A stretch of DNA of 59,492 bases from an uncultured Bacilli bacterium (GTDB lineage: Bacteria; Bacillota_I; Bacilli_A; RF39; UBA660): positions 1-59,492 of the forward strand of contig CALVUM010000003.1 in NCBI GenBank assembly GCA_944363605.1, given 5' to 3'. Shown here piece after piece: positions 19,810-31,836 of the stretch. Position 1 is the first letter of the stretch. Each line of letters starts with the position of its first letter. The notes beneath the pieces are model-generated. The model was not told the origin of the DNA. It did not search any database and worked only from the letters and a program-made list of their open reading frames with translations. A program made the translations under genes and the position numbers.

Positions 19810-19989
19810 TGTTATCCACTTGAAATAACAAAATATTAAATTTTAAAATATATTTGAAATAAAATGACAATAATAGCAAACATATACATTTTTTATTACA
19901 GTAATTCTAAAATATTTTATGAAATTAAATTAATTTTAATAATTTCTTTTAAAATAAAGATAAATATTAACTGAAAAATAGACTATCTA

Positions 19990-20005
19990 TGTTTCACGTG
20001 AAACA
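19990..20005. other. parS site 4
   Basis: Perfect 16-mer; 24-bp palindrome at 19986-20009. Confidence 0.85.
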
Positions 20006-20152
20006 TAGAGTTACGAACAATACTTTTAGAGAATTACCAATTTAAAAGTAGTTAGAAAAAAGTTGATTATTTTAAATTAATAAATTATTTTTTTTGAGAT
20101 TAAAAGAGTAATTATTAAAGCTATTTTACATTTTATAATAATTTAACAACAA

Positions 20153-20168
20153 TGTTTCACGTGAAACA
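20153..20168. other. parS site 5
   Basis: Perfect 16-mer; 26-bp palindrome at 20148-20173; overlapped by TTATTCACA (20172-20180). Confidence 0.85.
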
Positions 20169-20364
20169 TTGTTATTCACAACGTTGCATTATTAAAATAA
20201 GAAAAATTTTATAAATAAAAACGCTTTGAAGTGTTAGATCATAAGAGTAGTATCAAAATAATGAAAGAAGCAAAATTATAAACTTTTGAATTAATCAAAA
20301 TATCTATTAAAAACAACAAGTCATTTCTACAAATATTTAAAAAACAAAAAATTATCTTTATTTA

Positions 20365-20380
20365 TGTTTCACGTGAAACA
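20365..20380. other. parS site 6
   Basis: Perfect 16-mer; 20-bp palindrome at 20363-20382. Confidence 0.85.
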
Positions 20381-20425
20381 TAGGTTATAAACATTTAAAA
20401 AAATCACTTACAAAAAAAATAGCAA

Positions 20426-20441
20426 TGTTTCACGTGAAACA
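20426..20441. other. parS site 7
   Basis: Perfect 16-mer; 28-bp palindrome at 20420-20447; 17 bp from the gyrA stop codon. Confidence 0.85.
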
Positions 20442-20458
20442 TTGCTAAAATAATTTAA

Positions 20459-22903
20459 TTAACTATTTTCTTCAGCGGCAATAACTTCCTTTTCCTCATG
20501 ATCTACTATACTAATAGTAGCAACACTTTGATTCTCTTTTAAATTAATTAAACGAACACCTTGAGTTACTCGACCTAAAGTTGATACCTGATTTAAAGGT
20601 AAACGAATCAACATACCAGTATTTGTAATAATAACTACATCATTATTCTCCCCTACTAGCTTAAATGAAGCAATGGAGCCATTCTTATCGGTAATATTTA
20701 AAGCTTTTACACCTTTACTTCCTCTACTAGTCTCACGATATTCACGAACGTTTGTTTGTTTTCCGTAACCTTTCTCGGAAACAATTAGGATCTTATCATC
20801 ATCTGTTGCTATCTCAGCACCAATACAAACATTTCCGTCTAGATTAATTCCACGAACACCACTAGCTGTTCGTCCCATAACCCGAATCTCATTTTCATTA
20901 AATTTAACCATTCGTCCAGCACTAGAACCTAACAAAATCATATCGTTACCCTTAGTCTTACGAACACTAATTAACTCGTCATTCTCTCGTAAAGTAATAC
21001 ATATTTTACCATTAGTACGAATATTTTCAAATTCTTCTAATGAAGTTTTCTTAACAATACCTTTGCGAGTGGCAAATAATAAGAATTTAGATTCATCATC
21101 TTTCATAATCTTAATCATTGAATTAATCGACTCATCCTTATCAATTTGTAATAAGTTGATAACTGGAATTCCTTTAGATTGACGACTAAATTCTGGAATT
21201 TCATAGCCTTTTAAACGATAAACCTTTCCCTTATTTGTAAAGAATAAGACATAATCATGAGTTGATAAGTTAAGTAGATGCTCAACAAAATCCTCCTCAT
21301 TGGTTGCCATACCTTTTACTCCAACACCACCACGGTTTTGCGATTTAAAAGTATCAGTAGTTGTTCTCTTAATGTAACCTTTATTTGTTAAAGCGATCAT
21401 AACATTTTCCTCTGGAATTAACGATTCATCTTCAATAAATTCAATAGCTGTCATATCAATATTAGTACGACGCTCATCAGCGTATTTATCCTTAATTTCT
21501 AACAATTCCTCGCGAATAATAGCTAAAACCTTCTCATCGCTTGCTAAAATTGCTTTATATTCTTCGATTTTCTTCAATAAATCAGCTAATTCAGCTTCAA
21601 TTTTTTCACGTTCTAAACCTGTTAAACGACGTAAACGCATTTCAAGAATCGCTTCTGCTTGAATTTCATCCAACCCAAAACGATTAATTAAACGTTCCTT
21701 AGCAACATCATCTGTATCCGATTCACGAATAGTCTTAATAACCTCATCAATATGGTCTAAAGCGATCTTTAAGCCTTCTAAAATATGTACTCGAGCTTCT
21801 GCTTTTCCTAAATCAAATCGAGTTCTTCGAATAATAATTTCCCTTTGATAATCGATATATTTAGCAATAATATCTTTTAAAGGTAAAACAACTGGCGATT
21901 TTTGATCGATCATTAAAAAATTTATACCATAAGTTGTTTGTAACTGCGTATGCTTATATAAATTATTTAAAACGACATTAGCATTCGCATCTCTTTTTAA
22001 ATAAATGACTACTCGAACTGGATTTTCCAAATTCGATTCCTCATGTAAATCACTGATACCATCCAAAATCTTGTCGCGAACTAACTCACCAATTCGTGAC
22101 TGAAATTCAGCTTTATTAACCTGATATGGTAACTCAGTAACAATAATCCGCGATTTTCCATTATGCTCTTCAATTTCAACCTTACCACGAATCGTGATAC
22201 TGCCCCGACCCGTTTCATAAGCTTTTTTAATACCACTATTACCTAAAATAGTCGCACCCGTAGGAAAATCAGGACCTTTAATATACTGCATTAAACCCAC
22301 AGTATCAATTTCAGGATTATCAATATAAGCTACACAGCCATCAATAACCTCGCCCAAATTATGTGGAGGAATATTCGTAGCCATACCTACGGCAATTCCC
22401 ATCGTACCATTTACTAAAATGTTAGGGAATCTACTTGGTAAAATTTCTGGTTCTTTCTCAGTTTCATCAAAATTTGGCGTAAAATCAACAGTATCTTTAT
22501 TAATATCTCGTACCATTTCCAAAGACAATTTCGAAAGTCTTGCCTCCGTATAACGCATTGCAGCCGCGCCATCGCCATCCATATTACCAAAATTTCCATG
22601 TCCATCAACAAGCATATGCCGAAAACTAAAAGGTTGAGCCATCCGAACCATCGCATCATAAATTGAAGAGTCCCCATGTGGATGATATTTTCCCATTACA
22701 TCTCCGACAATACGAGCACTTTTACGATGCGGTTTATCAGGTGTATAACCAGATTCATACATAGAATACAAAATACGTCTATGAACCGGTTTTAAACCAT
22801 CTCTAAGATCTGGAAGAGCTCTGGCCATAATAACACTCATCGAATATCGAATAAAGGAATTTTCTACTTCATTAATAACATTATTTTCAACAATTCTATC
22901 CAT
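20459..22903 (-). CDS. gyrA: DNA gyrase subunit A
   Basis: 814 aa; [11 protein letters not shown], active-site AAMRYTE region, C-terminal beta-pinwheel repeats. Confidence 0.97.
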   Translation of the reverse strand: MDRIVENNVINEVENSFIRYSMSVIMARALPDLRDGLKPVHRRILYSMYESGYTPDKPHRKSARIVGDVMGKYHPHGDSSIYDAMVRMAQPFSFRHMLVDGHGNFGNMDGDGAAAMRYTEARLSKLSLEMVRDINKDTVDFTPNFDETEKEPEILPSRFPNILVNGTMGIAVGMATNIPPHNLGEVIDGCVAYIDNPEIDTVGLMQYIKGPDFPTGATILGNSGIKKAYETGRGSITIRGKVEIEEHNGKSRIIVTELPYQVNKAEFQSRIGELVRDKILDGISDLHEESNLENPVRVVIYLKRDANANVVLNNLYKHTQLQTTYGINFLMIDQKSPVVLPLKDIIAKYIDYQREIIIRRTRFDLGKAEARVHILEGLKIALDHIDEVIKTIRESDTDDVAKERLINRFGLDEIQAEAILEMRLRRLTGLEREKIEAELADLLKKIEEYKAILASDEKVLAIIREELLEIKDKYADERRTNIDMTAIEFIEDESLIPEENVMIALTNKGYIKRTTTDTFKSQNRGGVGVKGMATNEEDFVEHLLNLSTHDYVLFFTNKGKVYRLKGYEIPEFSRQSKGIPVINLLQIDKDESINSMIKIMKDDESKFLLFATRKGIVKKTSLEEFENIRTNGKICITLRENDELISVRKTKGNDMILLGSSAGRMVKFNENEIRVMGRTASGVRGINLDGNVCIGAEIATDDDKILIVSEKGYGKQTNVREYRETSRGSKGVKALNITDKNGSIASFKLVGENNDVVIITNTGMLIRLPLNQVSTLGRVTQGVRLINLKENQSVATISIVDHEEKEVIAAEENS

Positions 22904-22915
22904 ATTCCAAACCTC

Positions 22916-25922
<3,007 letters not shown>

Positions 25923-26008
25923 ATTTTTGCCCCTTAATTTTTATTTATAGAAAAAATATAGGTATACTAATACTCCTATACCTACATACATTATAACACA
26001 AAATAACC

Positions 26009-26470
26009 CTACATAACAGTTTTTTTTGCAGTTTTTCGCCCTCTTAAAGCACTTTCTAACCGAGTTGCTCGAAGAACTTGATTATCAATAATTCCATAAG
26101 AGGTTTTAACCGCAATTTTTATTCCATTTTGAAAAACAATAAACATAATATCTCCATCACGGTAATAGGATTTAATATATTTTAACCGAATCCAATTACT
26201 ATTTTCTCTTGTATTAGAAGTTGGAAAAAAAATAATTTCTTTAGATTCTTCTACAATAATAGGTGCCTTATAATTAACACCTATCATTGACTCAGTTCCT
26301 TTTCGTCTTCCATCAAGTGAACTTCCAAAATATCGACAGCTATCTTCCATAATTTTATTAGAAGGTTGTTCAATGATATAATGATCATTAAGCTCATATA
26401 CCTCCGAATAATTCTTATCAATAGATAAAATTGCTAAAGTTTCATCATTAATTTCATACTGCGTCTGCAT
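26009..26470 (-). CDS. comK: competence transcription factor ComK family
   Basis: 153 aa; YEINDETLAIL, DSCRYFGSSLDGRRKGT, KAPIIVEE, IIFFPTSNTR, NW, FQNG...SYGIIDNQVLRATRL align block by block with B. subtilis ComK (recalled). Confidence 0.8.
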   Translation of the reverse strand: MQTQYEINDETLAILSIDKNYSEVYELNDHYIIEQPSNKIMEDSCRYFGSSLDGRRKGTESMIGVNYKAPIIVEESKEIIFFPTSNTRENSNWIRLKYIKSYYRDGDIMFIVFQNGIKIAVKTSYGIIDNQVLRATRLESALRGRKTAKKTVM

Positions 26471-26585
26471 AATTTTCCCCCATTCATATGAAAATTGGTC
26501 TTACCCTATCATATAAAGAAAAAGAAAAATGTCGAAAAAACAAAAAGGATCTACTTTTCCAAAAAAAAACTGCATTTTCACAGTT

Positions 26586-27704
26586 TTAATAGGTTTTTAT
26601 AGGTAAAATTAATTGAATTAAACTTTCATCTGTCAAAGACTTAAGTACAATTGGTTTCACATCGTTATTTAAAAGGATCAAAATATCTTCATCTTTAATC
26701 GTTTTTAAAGCATCCATCATATAACGGGCACTAAAAGAAATATCAATTGAAGATTTCTCATCTGTATCAATAGTAATTCTTTCCTCAGTCTTACCAATTT
26801 CCGAAGCATAAGAATTAATAATCATTTCTTTATTTTCTATTTTCATTTTAATAATATTTTTATCTTTACCTTGAGTTAATAAAGCAGCTCGATCAACGGC
26901 TCCCATAAACTCACTTTTTTTCGCTTGAACAATAATTTCAAATTCAGTTGGAATCAAATTAGATGTATTTGGATAACTACCAGATAAAATATTCGTTTGG
27001 AATTTTAAATTTTTATATTGAAATAATACTCGATTATTAAAGACATTCATATAAACTTCTTCATCATCAACCAAAATATGTTCTAATTCTGTAATATTTT
27101 TTCCAGGAATAACTATATTTACATCAGTATCTACAGGAGTTTCCAATTTAATATTTTTCTTCGCTAAACGATAAGAATCAGTCGCAATAACTTCAAATAA
27201 ATCTCCATTTATCTTCATATTTAAACCAGTTAAAATTGGTCTTAGTTCCTGAGTTGATATCGCAAAAGACGTTTGATTAATTAACTCTTTTAAAATATCT
27301 GCTTTTATAACAATTGGATCTTTATGAGTTATCAACTTAATAGCTGGATATTCACTAGGATCTAAACAATTTAAATTATATTGATTAAAATCAGAATAAA
27401 TTTTAATTTTTAAACTATCCATCATTTCAAAGTTAATAACATCACTAGGCATCTTTCTAATAATATCCAAAATATATTTACTACTTATAATAATAGTCCC
27501 AGTGCTTTCAATATTTCGAATTAATTTACTTTCAATAAAAGATTCAATTGTTAATTCACTATCACTAGCGGTTAACGTTAACCCCTCCTCTTTTAATTCA
27601 AATTTAATACCATTAAGTACAGGAATAACATTTTTTGTTGATATCCCTCTTACAACATTATTTAAATTTTCTAATAATACATTTTTTTCAATTGCAAATT
27701 TCAT
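26586..27704 (-). CDS. dnaN: DNA polymerase III beta sliding clamp
   Basis: 372 aa; MKF.I.K..L, three-domain clamp pattern, C-terminal LILPIKTY; directly downstream of dnaA. Confidence 0.95.
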   Translation of the reverse strand: MKFAIEKNVLLENLNNVVRGISTKNVIPVLNGIKFELKEEGLTLTASDSELTIESFIESKLIRNIESTGTIIISSKYILDIIRKMPSDVINFEMMDSLKIKIYSDFNQYNLNCLDPSEYPAIKLITHKDPIVIKADILKELINQTSFAISTQELRPILTGLNMKINGDLFEVIATDSYRLAKKNIKLETPVDTDVNIVIPGKNITELEHILVDDEEVYMNVFNNRVLFQYKNLKFQTNILSGSYPNTSNLIPTEFEIIVQAKKSEFMGAVDRAALLTQGKDKNIIKMKIENKEMIINSYASEIGKTEERITIDTDEKSSIDISFSARYMMDALKTIKDEDILILLNNDVKPIVLKSLTDESLIQLILPIKTY

Positions 27705-27752
27705 TTTCCTACCTCTTTCTTATTTATATTAATATATTCATATTATTAATGC

Positions 27753-27861
27753 TGTGGATAATGTGTATAACTTTTAAAATGTCTTTAAAATAAACAAAAA
27801 TTGTCGAATTTTCATGTTTATAACTTTCCACATCGTAAAAAGATATCCACATCATATTTTA
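27753..27861. promoter_or_regulatory. DnaA-box cluster in the dnaA-dnaN spacer (oriC part 2)
   Basis: Perfect box (TGTGGATAA, i.e. TTATCCACA) at 27753-27761, abutting TGTGTATAA at 27762-27770 (8/9). CTTTCCACA lies at 27834-27842 and ATATCCACA at 27853-27861. Confidence 0.8.
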
Positions 27862-29240
27862 TTTTGAATCTCTTTCAACTGTTGTTCTAATGCTGGATTC
27901 TTCTTTAAATCACTTATTATTTTATCACAAGCGTGGATAACTGTCGAATGATCCCTACCCCCAAATTCTAAACCAATTCGATTTAAATTTTCTTCCGTTA
28001 AAGTTCGCGATAAATACATCGCGATTTGCCTCGGATAAGCAATATTCACACTTCTTTTCTTTCCTTTTAAATCATCAACCGTGATTTTATAATAATCAGC
28101 AACGGCCTTTTGAATACTTTCAATACTACTTCTTGTATAAATATTATGATTCACAAAATCTGCTAAAGCTTCAATTGCAAAATTTAAATCAACTTTATCT
28201 GGAACGATCATCGCAGTATAAGCTAATAGCCTGTTTACCGCTCCTTCAAGAAATCGAACATCATTTTGACAATTATTCGCAATATATTCGATAACATTTT
28301 CATCAATTTTATTAACAATCGAAGTATTTTTTAATTTAGACCGAATAATTTTACATCGAAGTTCAAAATCTGGTGGATAAATATCAACAGGAAGCCCCCA
28401 CATGAACCGGCTTCTAAGCCTTTCTTCTAAAAGCTTTAAATCATCAGGACTCCGGTCCGAGCTAATAATTATTTGTTTATTTGCCTGATGTAAAGCATTA
28501 AAAGTATGAAAAAATTCTTGTTGAGTCTTCTCTGCTCCTACTAAATATTGAATATCATCAATAATTAAAACGTCCACTTCCCGATATTTCTTTTTAAAAT
28601 CAGCAGCAACCTGAATATTATTCCCCTTATTTTCGTTATTAATAATATTAATATAATCATCTTTAAACATTTCACTTGTCGTATATAAAACCTTTTTATT
28701 AGAATGTTTTGTAATATAATTACCTATCGCATGCATTAAATGAGTTTTCCCAAGCCCACTCTTACCATAGATAAATAAAGGGTTATGCACTTTTCCAGGT
28801 TGCTCAGCAACGATCATTCCCGCAGTTTTAGCTAAACGATTTGAATCCCCTACTATATAATTTTCAAAATTTAAATCCGAAATTAAATTGGATTCCCACT
28901 CTTGCTCTACAGAAATCGTTGGTGTATTTACTACTTGAACAAACTTATCCACAGTATCCACATTTTGGGGTTTTTCCTCTTCTTCATTTTGAATCTCTTC
29001 TTTTAATAAAAATTCAAATTCATAATTATGATTCGTTATTTTATAAAAAGCATCATCAATTAAAGTATAATAGTTTTGAGTTAAAATACGTTTATGAATT
29101 TCCATAGGTACTTGAATATAAACTTTATTGTTTTGAATTTTAATTAACTTCAAATCGTTAAACCAAGCATGAAAAGAAGCGGTATTGACTTCTGGATATA
29201 TTTCGTCTAATACAGATTGCCAAAGATCTTTTTCACCCAT
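27852..29240 (-). CDS. dnaA: chromosomal replication initiator DnaA
   Basis: GKSGLGKTHL Walker A, IDDIQ Walker B, C-terminal DNA-binding GGRDHSTVIHA; start moved to the ATG at 29240 after GGGGTGG. Confidence 0.97.
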   Translation of the reverse strand: MGEKDLWQSVLDEIYPEVNTASFHAWFNDLKLIKIQNNKVYIQVPMEIHKRILTQNYYTLIDDAFYKITNHNYEFEFLLKEEIQNEEEEKPQNVDTVDKFVQVVNTPTISVEQEWESNLISDLNFENYIVGDSNRLAKTAGMIVAEQPGKVHNPLFIYGKSGLGKTHLMHAIGNYITKHSNKKVLYTTSEMFKDDYINIINNENKGNNIQVAADFKKKYREVDVLIIDDIQYLVGAEKTQQEFFHTFNALHQANKQIIISSDRSPDDLKLLEERLRSRFMWGLPVDIYPPDFELRCKIIRSKLKNTSIVNKIDENVIEYIANNCQNDVRFLEGAVNRLLAYTAMIVPDKVDLNFAIEALADFVNHNIYTRSSIESIQKAVADYYKITVDDLKGKKRSVNIAYPRQIAMYLSRTLTEENLNRIGLEFGGRDHSTVIHACDKIISDLKKNPALEQQLKEIQNKI

Positions 29241-29289
29241 GAAACCACCCCGCTTTAACATTTATCAACATTATTCTACACTTTTTTCT

Positions 29290-29534
29290 TTCAATTTAAA
29301 AGACTAAAATGTATACTAACACACTATTCACAAGTTATCAACAAAATAAATATCGATAAATAAAAGAAAAAATATAGTTATCCACATTATGAACATTTTT
29401 ATTTTTTCATAAATGTGCATTAGTGAATAATGTGTAAAAAACTTATCCACAGCATGTGAATATGTTCATAACTAATAAAAAAAGTAGATTTATAAAGAAA
29501 AAATTCTTGAAAAGTAAGTGGATAGTTATACACA
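29290..29534. promoter_or_regulatory. DnaA-box cluster upstream of dnaA (oriC part 1)
   Basis: Perfect TTATCCACA at 29378-29386 and 29443-29451; TTATACACA at 29526-29534; several 7/9 boxes (TTATCAACA, CTATTCACA). Confidence 0.85.
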
Positions 29535-29557
29535 ATGCCTGAAACATTCAGTAATTG

Positions 29558-29587
29558 TTGACTTTTTCTAGTTTTTAATATTATAAT
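29558..29587 (+). promoter_or_regulatory. sigma-A-like promoter of rpmH
   Basis: TTGACT (29558-29563), 18-nt spacer, TATAAT (29582-29587). Confidence 0.55.
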
Positions 29588-29619
29588 AAGGGAGCTTTAG
29601 AAAAAAGGAGGGAAGAACT

Positions 29620-29742
29620 ATGGTAGGAACTTATCAACCAAACAAACGTAAAAAAGCTAAGAAACACGGATTTTTTGCACGAAAAGAAACAAACATTTTA
29701 AAAAATAGAAGAAAAAAAGGACGTAAAAAATTATGTAAGTAA
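29620..29742 (+). CDS. rpmH: 50S ribosomal protein L34 (not in the ORF track; 40 aa)
   Basis: Hand translation gives MVGTYQPNKRKKAKKHGFFARKETNILKNRRKKGRKKLCK. AGGAGGG RBS lies upstream; canonical position between oriC and rnpA. Confidence 0.9.
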   Translation: MVGTYQPNKRKKAKKHGFFARKETNILKNRRKKGRKKLCK

Positions 29743-29744
29743 AA

Positions 29745-29769
29745 CCACATCTTTTATGTGGCTTTTTTT
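29745..29769 (+). terminator. hairpin plus T-run after rpmH
   Basis: CCACAT/ATGTGG stem followed by seven Ts; probably an attenuating terminator before rnpA. Confidence 0.5.
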
Positions 29770-29791
29770 ATATATAGAAAGGAAGAGCACT

Positions 29792-30136
29792 TTGAAAAAA
29801 ATAGAAATGATTAAATCTCATCAAGAGTTTACTGAGATTATCAAAAAAGAAAAATATCTAAAAAATAAAAATTTCTCTATATATATAAGGAAAGGAAAAT
29901 ATTCATTTCCACATTATGGTATTGCCGTTTCCAAAAAACTAGGAAATGCCGTAGTAAGAAATAAATTAAAAAGAAGGATGAGGGTTATTTTAGACGAATG
30001 GAAAAAAGATTTGAAGTACAATGAAGATTATATTATAATAATGAAAGAAAGCGTGCGTGATTTAACTTTTCAAGAAATGCAAGAAAGCTTTCTAAATTTA
30101 ATGAAACAAAGGAGCAAATATGAAAAAACAAAATAA
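29792..30136 (+). CDS. rnpA: ribonuclease P protein component
   Basis: KKLGNAVVRNKLKRRMR RNR motif. The start probably lies at the TTG at 29792 (after AAAGGAAGAG) or the ATG at 29807. The track start at 29756 lies inside the rpmH terminator. Confidence 0.88.
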   Translation: MKKIEMIKSHQEFTEIIKKEKYLKNKNFSIYIRKGKYSFPHYGIAVSKKLGNAVVRNKLKRRMRVILDEWKKDLKYNEDYIIIMKESVRDLTFQEMQESFLNLMKQRSKYEKTK

Positions 30137-31148
30137 AATTTTAGCATTCGTTTTATTAGCAATGATTTTTTTAGCCAGTGGCTGTGGTTCGGACGACTAC
30201 TTAAAAGATGAAAATGGAAATATCCTAGTAAACGAAGTAACTGGTCAAAGTGTTCAAAAAAATATTTTATGTCAACCAGAGAAAGATTCCGAATTATATA
30301 AAATATATGAAAGTCATGCTGATCAAATGGAAACGCCGGTAAATGAGTTACCATCATGTAAAGATTTTAATTTATCATCAAATAAATATGATGGGTTATG
30401 GCAAGCAATACTAGTTAGACCTCTTGCATTTATCATCTTACAAGTTGGTTTCTTATTTAATAATTTTGGTATATCCGTAATGCTAGTCGGTTTACTAATC
30501 AGATTAATCATCATGCCATTATCAATTAAAAGCATGCGTCAATCAAACAACTTACAAAAAGCTCAACCAGAAATTGCGCGTATTGAAAAAAAATATGCGG
30601 GAAAAACAGATAGTGATTCTATGATGGCCAAAAGTCAAGAAACAATGATGGTTTATCAAAAATATAAAATAAATCCTGTTTCAGGCTGTTTAGTGGCTTT
30701 AATCCAAATTCCGTTGTTCTTCGCATTTTTAGCCGCGATAAACGAAGTTCCAGCTATATTTGAAGGAGAACTTTTTGGAATGCATTTAGGAATGACACCA
30801 TGGAAAGGATTAGCCGAAGGTCAATATATATACATTGTTTTGATTTTCTTAATCGTCGCGACAACCTATTTATCATTTAGAAATACAATGAAAAGTAATC
30901 AAAATAATGAAATGATGAAACAAATGAATTTCATGGTAATGTTTATGATAATAAGTATCTCCATAGCTTCATTTAGTTTGCCAACCGCAATAGCATTTTA
31001 CTGGATCGTTGTAAATGGTTTCTCAGTAGTTCAAAATTATATTATAAAAAGAATATTAGCCAAAGATCAAAAAGATCCAAAGGTTATAGATATTAAACAT
31101 AAAGAAAAGAATATAAAAGGAAAGAAATCAAAGAAAGAAGTGAAGTAA
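30120..31148 (+). CDS. yidC: membrane protein insertase YidC/OxaA-type lipoprotein
   Basis: 342 aa; lipobox LASGC, conserved MP..IKSM..Q, PE...I..KY, and basic C-terminal tail. Confidence 0.9.
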   Translation: MKKQNKILAFVLLAMIFLASGCGSDDYLKDENGNILVNEVTGQSVQKNILCQPEKDSELYKIYESHADQMETPVNELPSCKDFNLSSNKYDGLWQAILVRPLAFIILQVGFLFNNFGISVMLVGLLIRLIIMPLSIKSMRQSNNLQKAQPEIARIEKKYAGKTDSDSMMAKSQETMMVYQKYKINPVSGCLVALIQIPLFFAFLAAINEVPAIFEGELFGMHLGMTPWKGLAEGQYIYIVLIFLIVATTYLSFRNTMKSNQNNEMMKQMNFMVMFMIISISIASFSLPTAIAFYWIVVNGFSVVQNYIIKRILAKDQKDPKVIDIKHKEKNIKGKKSKKEVK

Positions 31149-31149
31149 A

Positions 31150-31746
31150 ATGCCAACAGTAGTAGAAGCAAAAACCTTAATTGAAGCAGTCGAAGAAGCA
31201 AAAAATCTTCTTCATACAGACAAGATTTTTTATACGACTGAAGAAAAAAAAGGTGGTCTTTTTAAAGGAAAAACTTATCAAGTTTCCGCAATACCTTATC
31301 CAGAACTTTTAGAAGAAATGAAAAAATATTTAACAGAAATTACTGAAGGATTAGGATTAGAAGTAAAATTTGAAACAAGTATCGATGAACAAATTTTCAA
31401 TATTACAATGTATTCAGATAATAATTCAATTCTAATTGGCAAAAATGGTCAAACTTTAAAAGCCTTAGAAACAATGGTTAAAGCAAAAATAAATGTTGAC
31501 TGGCATATTCATCCAAAAATAGTCTTGGATGTCGAAAATTACAAAGAAAAAAGAATTGCCACTTTAGAAAGACTTGCTATCCAAACGGCTAAAGAAGTAA
31601 GACAAACTAAAGTTGATGTAGTTTTAGAAGATATGAACTCCTATGAAAGAAGAATAATCCATAATAAATTAGCAAATTTTAAAGGGGTTTCAACAATAAG
31701 TGAAGGAGAAGAGCCACATCGTCATATAGTAATAAAAGCAGAGTAA
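31150..31746 (+). CDS. jag: RNA-binding protein Jag/KhpB (KH plus R3H)
   Basis: 198 aa; IGKNGQTL KH motif and R3H ERRIIHN motif; follows yidC. Confidence 0.88.
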   Translation: MPTVVEAKTLIEAVEEAKNLLHTDKIFYTTEEKKGGLFKGKTYQVSAIPYPELLEEMKKYLTEITEGLGLEVKFETSIDEQIFNITMYSDNNSILIGKNGQTLKALETMVKAKINVDWHIHPKIVLDVENYKEKRIATLERLAIQTAKEVRQTKVDVVLEDMNSYERRIIHNKLANFKGVSTISEGEEPHRHIVIKAE

Positions 31747-31759
31747 TCTGTTTTTTTTA

Positions 31760-31783
31760 TAATTATTTCCCGGGAAATAATTA
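31760..31783. other. NBS-like palindrome (24 bp) between jag and mnmE
   Basis: TAATTATTTCCCGGGAAATAATTA, in the intergenic region just after the jag stop codon and a T-run. Confidence 0.75.
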
Positions 31784-31836
31784 CTTTTACATCTTCCCAA
31801 AATAATGGTATAATACCCGCGAGTGGAAGTGATATT

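Larger units (their letters stand above)
19416..20447. repeat. array of seven parS palindromes in a non-coding AT-rich spacer
   Basis: ATGTTTCACGTGAAACAT occurs 7 times here and nowhere else in the window; no ORF of 60 aa or more in any frame across 19312-20458. Confidence 0.9.

Noticed and set aside
19416-20447. The repeated palindromes in an ORF-free region could be read as a CRISPR array
   Set aside because: Spacing is irregular (61-257 bp) and far longer than CRISPR spacers. The repeat is an exact match to parS, there are no cas genes, and the flanks differ between copies.
19312-20458. An rRNA/tRNA operon, which often follows gyrA in Firmicutes
   Set aside because: The sequence is extremely AT-rich, with no 16S/23S/5S or tRNA cloverleaf signatures.
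29756-29791. The long rnpA start at 29756 given by the ORF track
   Set aside because: It falls inside the rpmH terminator hairpin and T-run and adds a non-conserved MWLFLYIERKST extension. The TTG at 29792 after a good RBS (or the ATG at 29807) fits RnpA N-termini.
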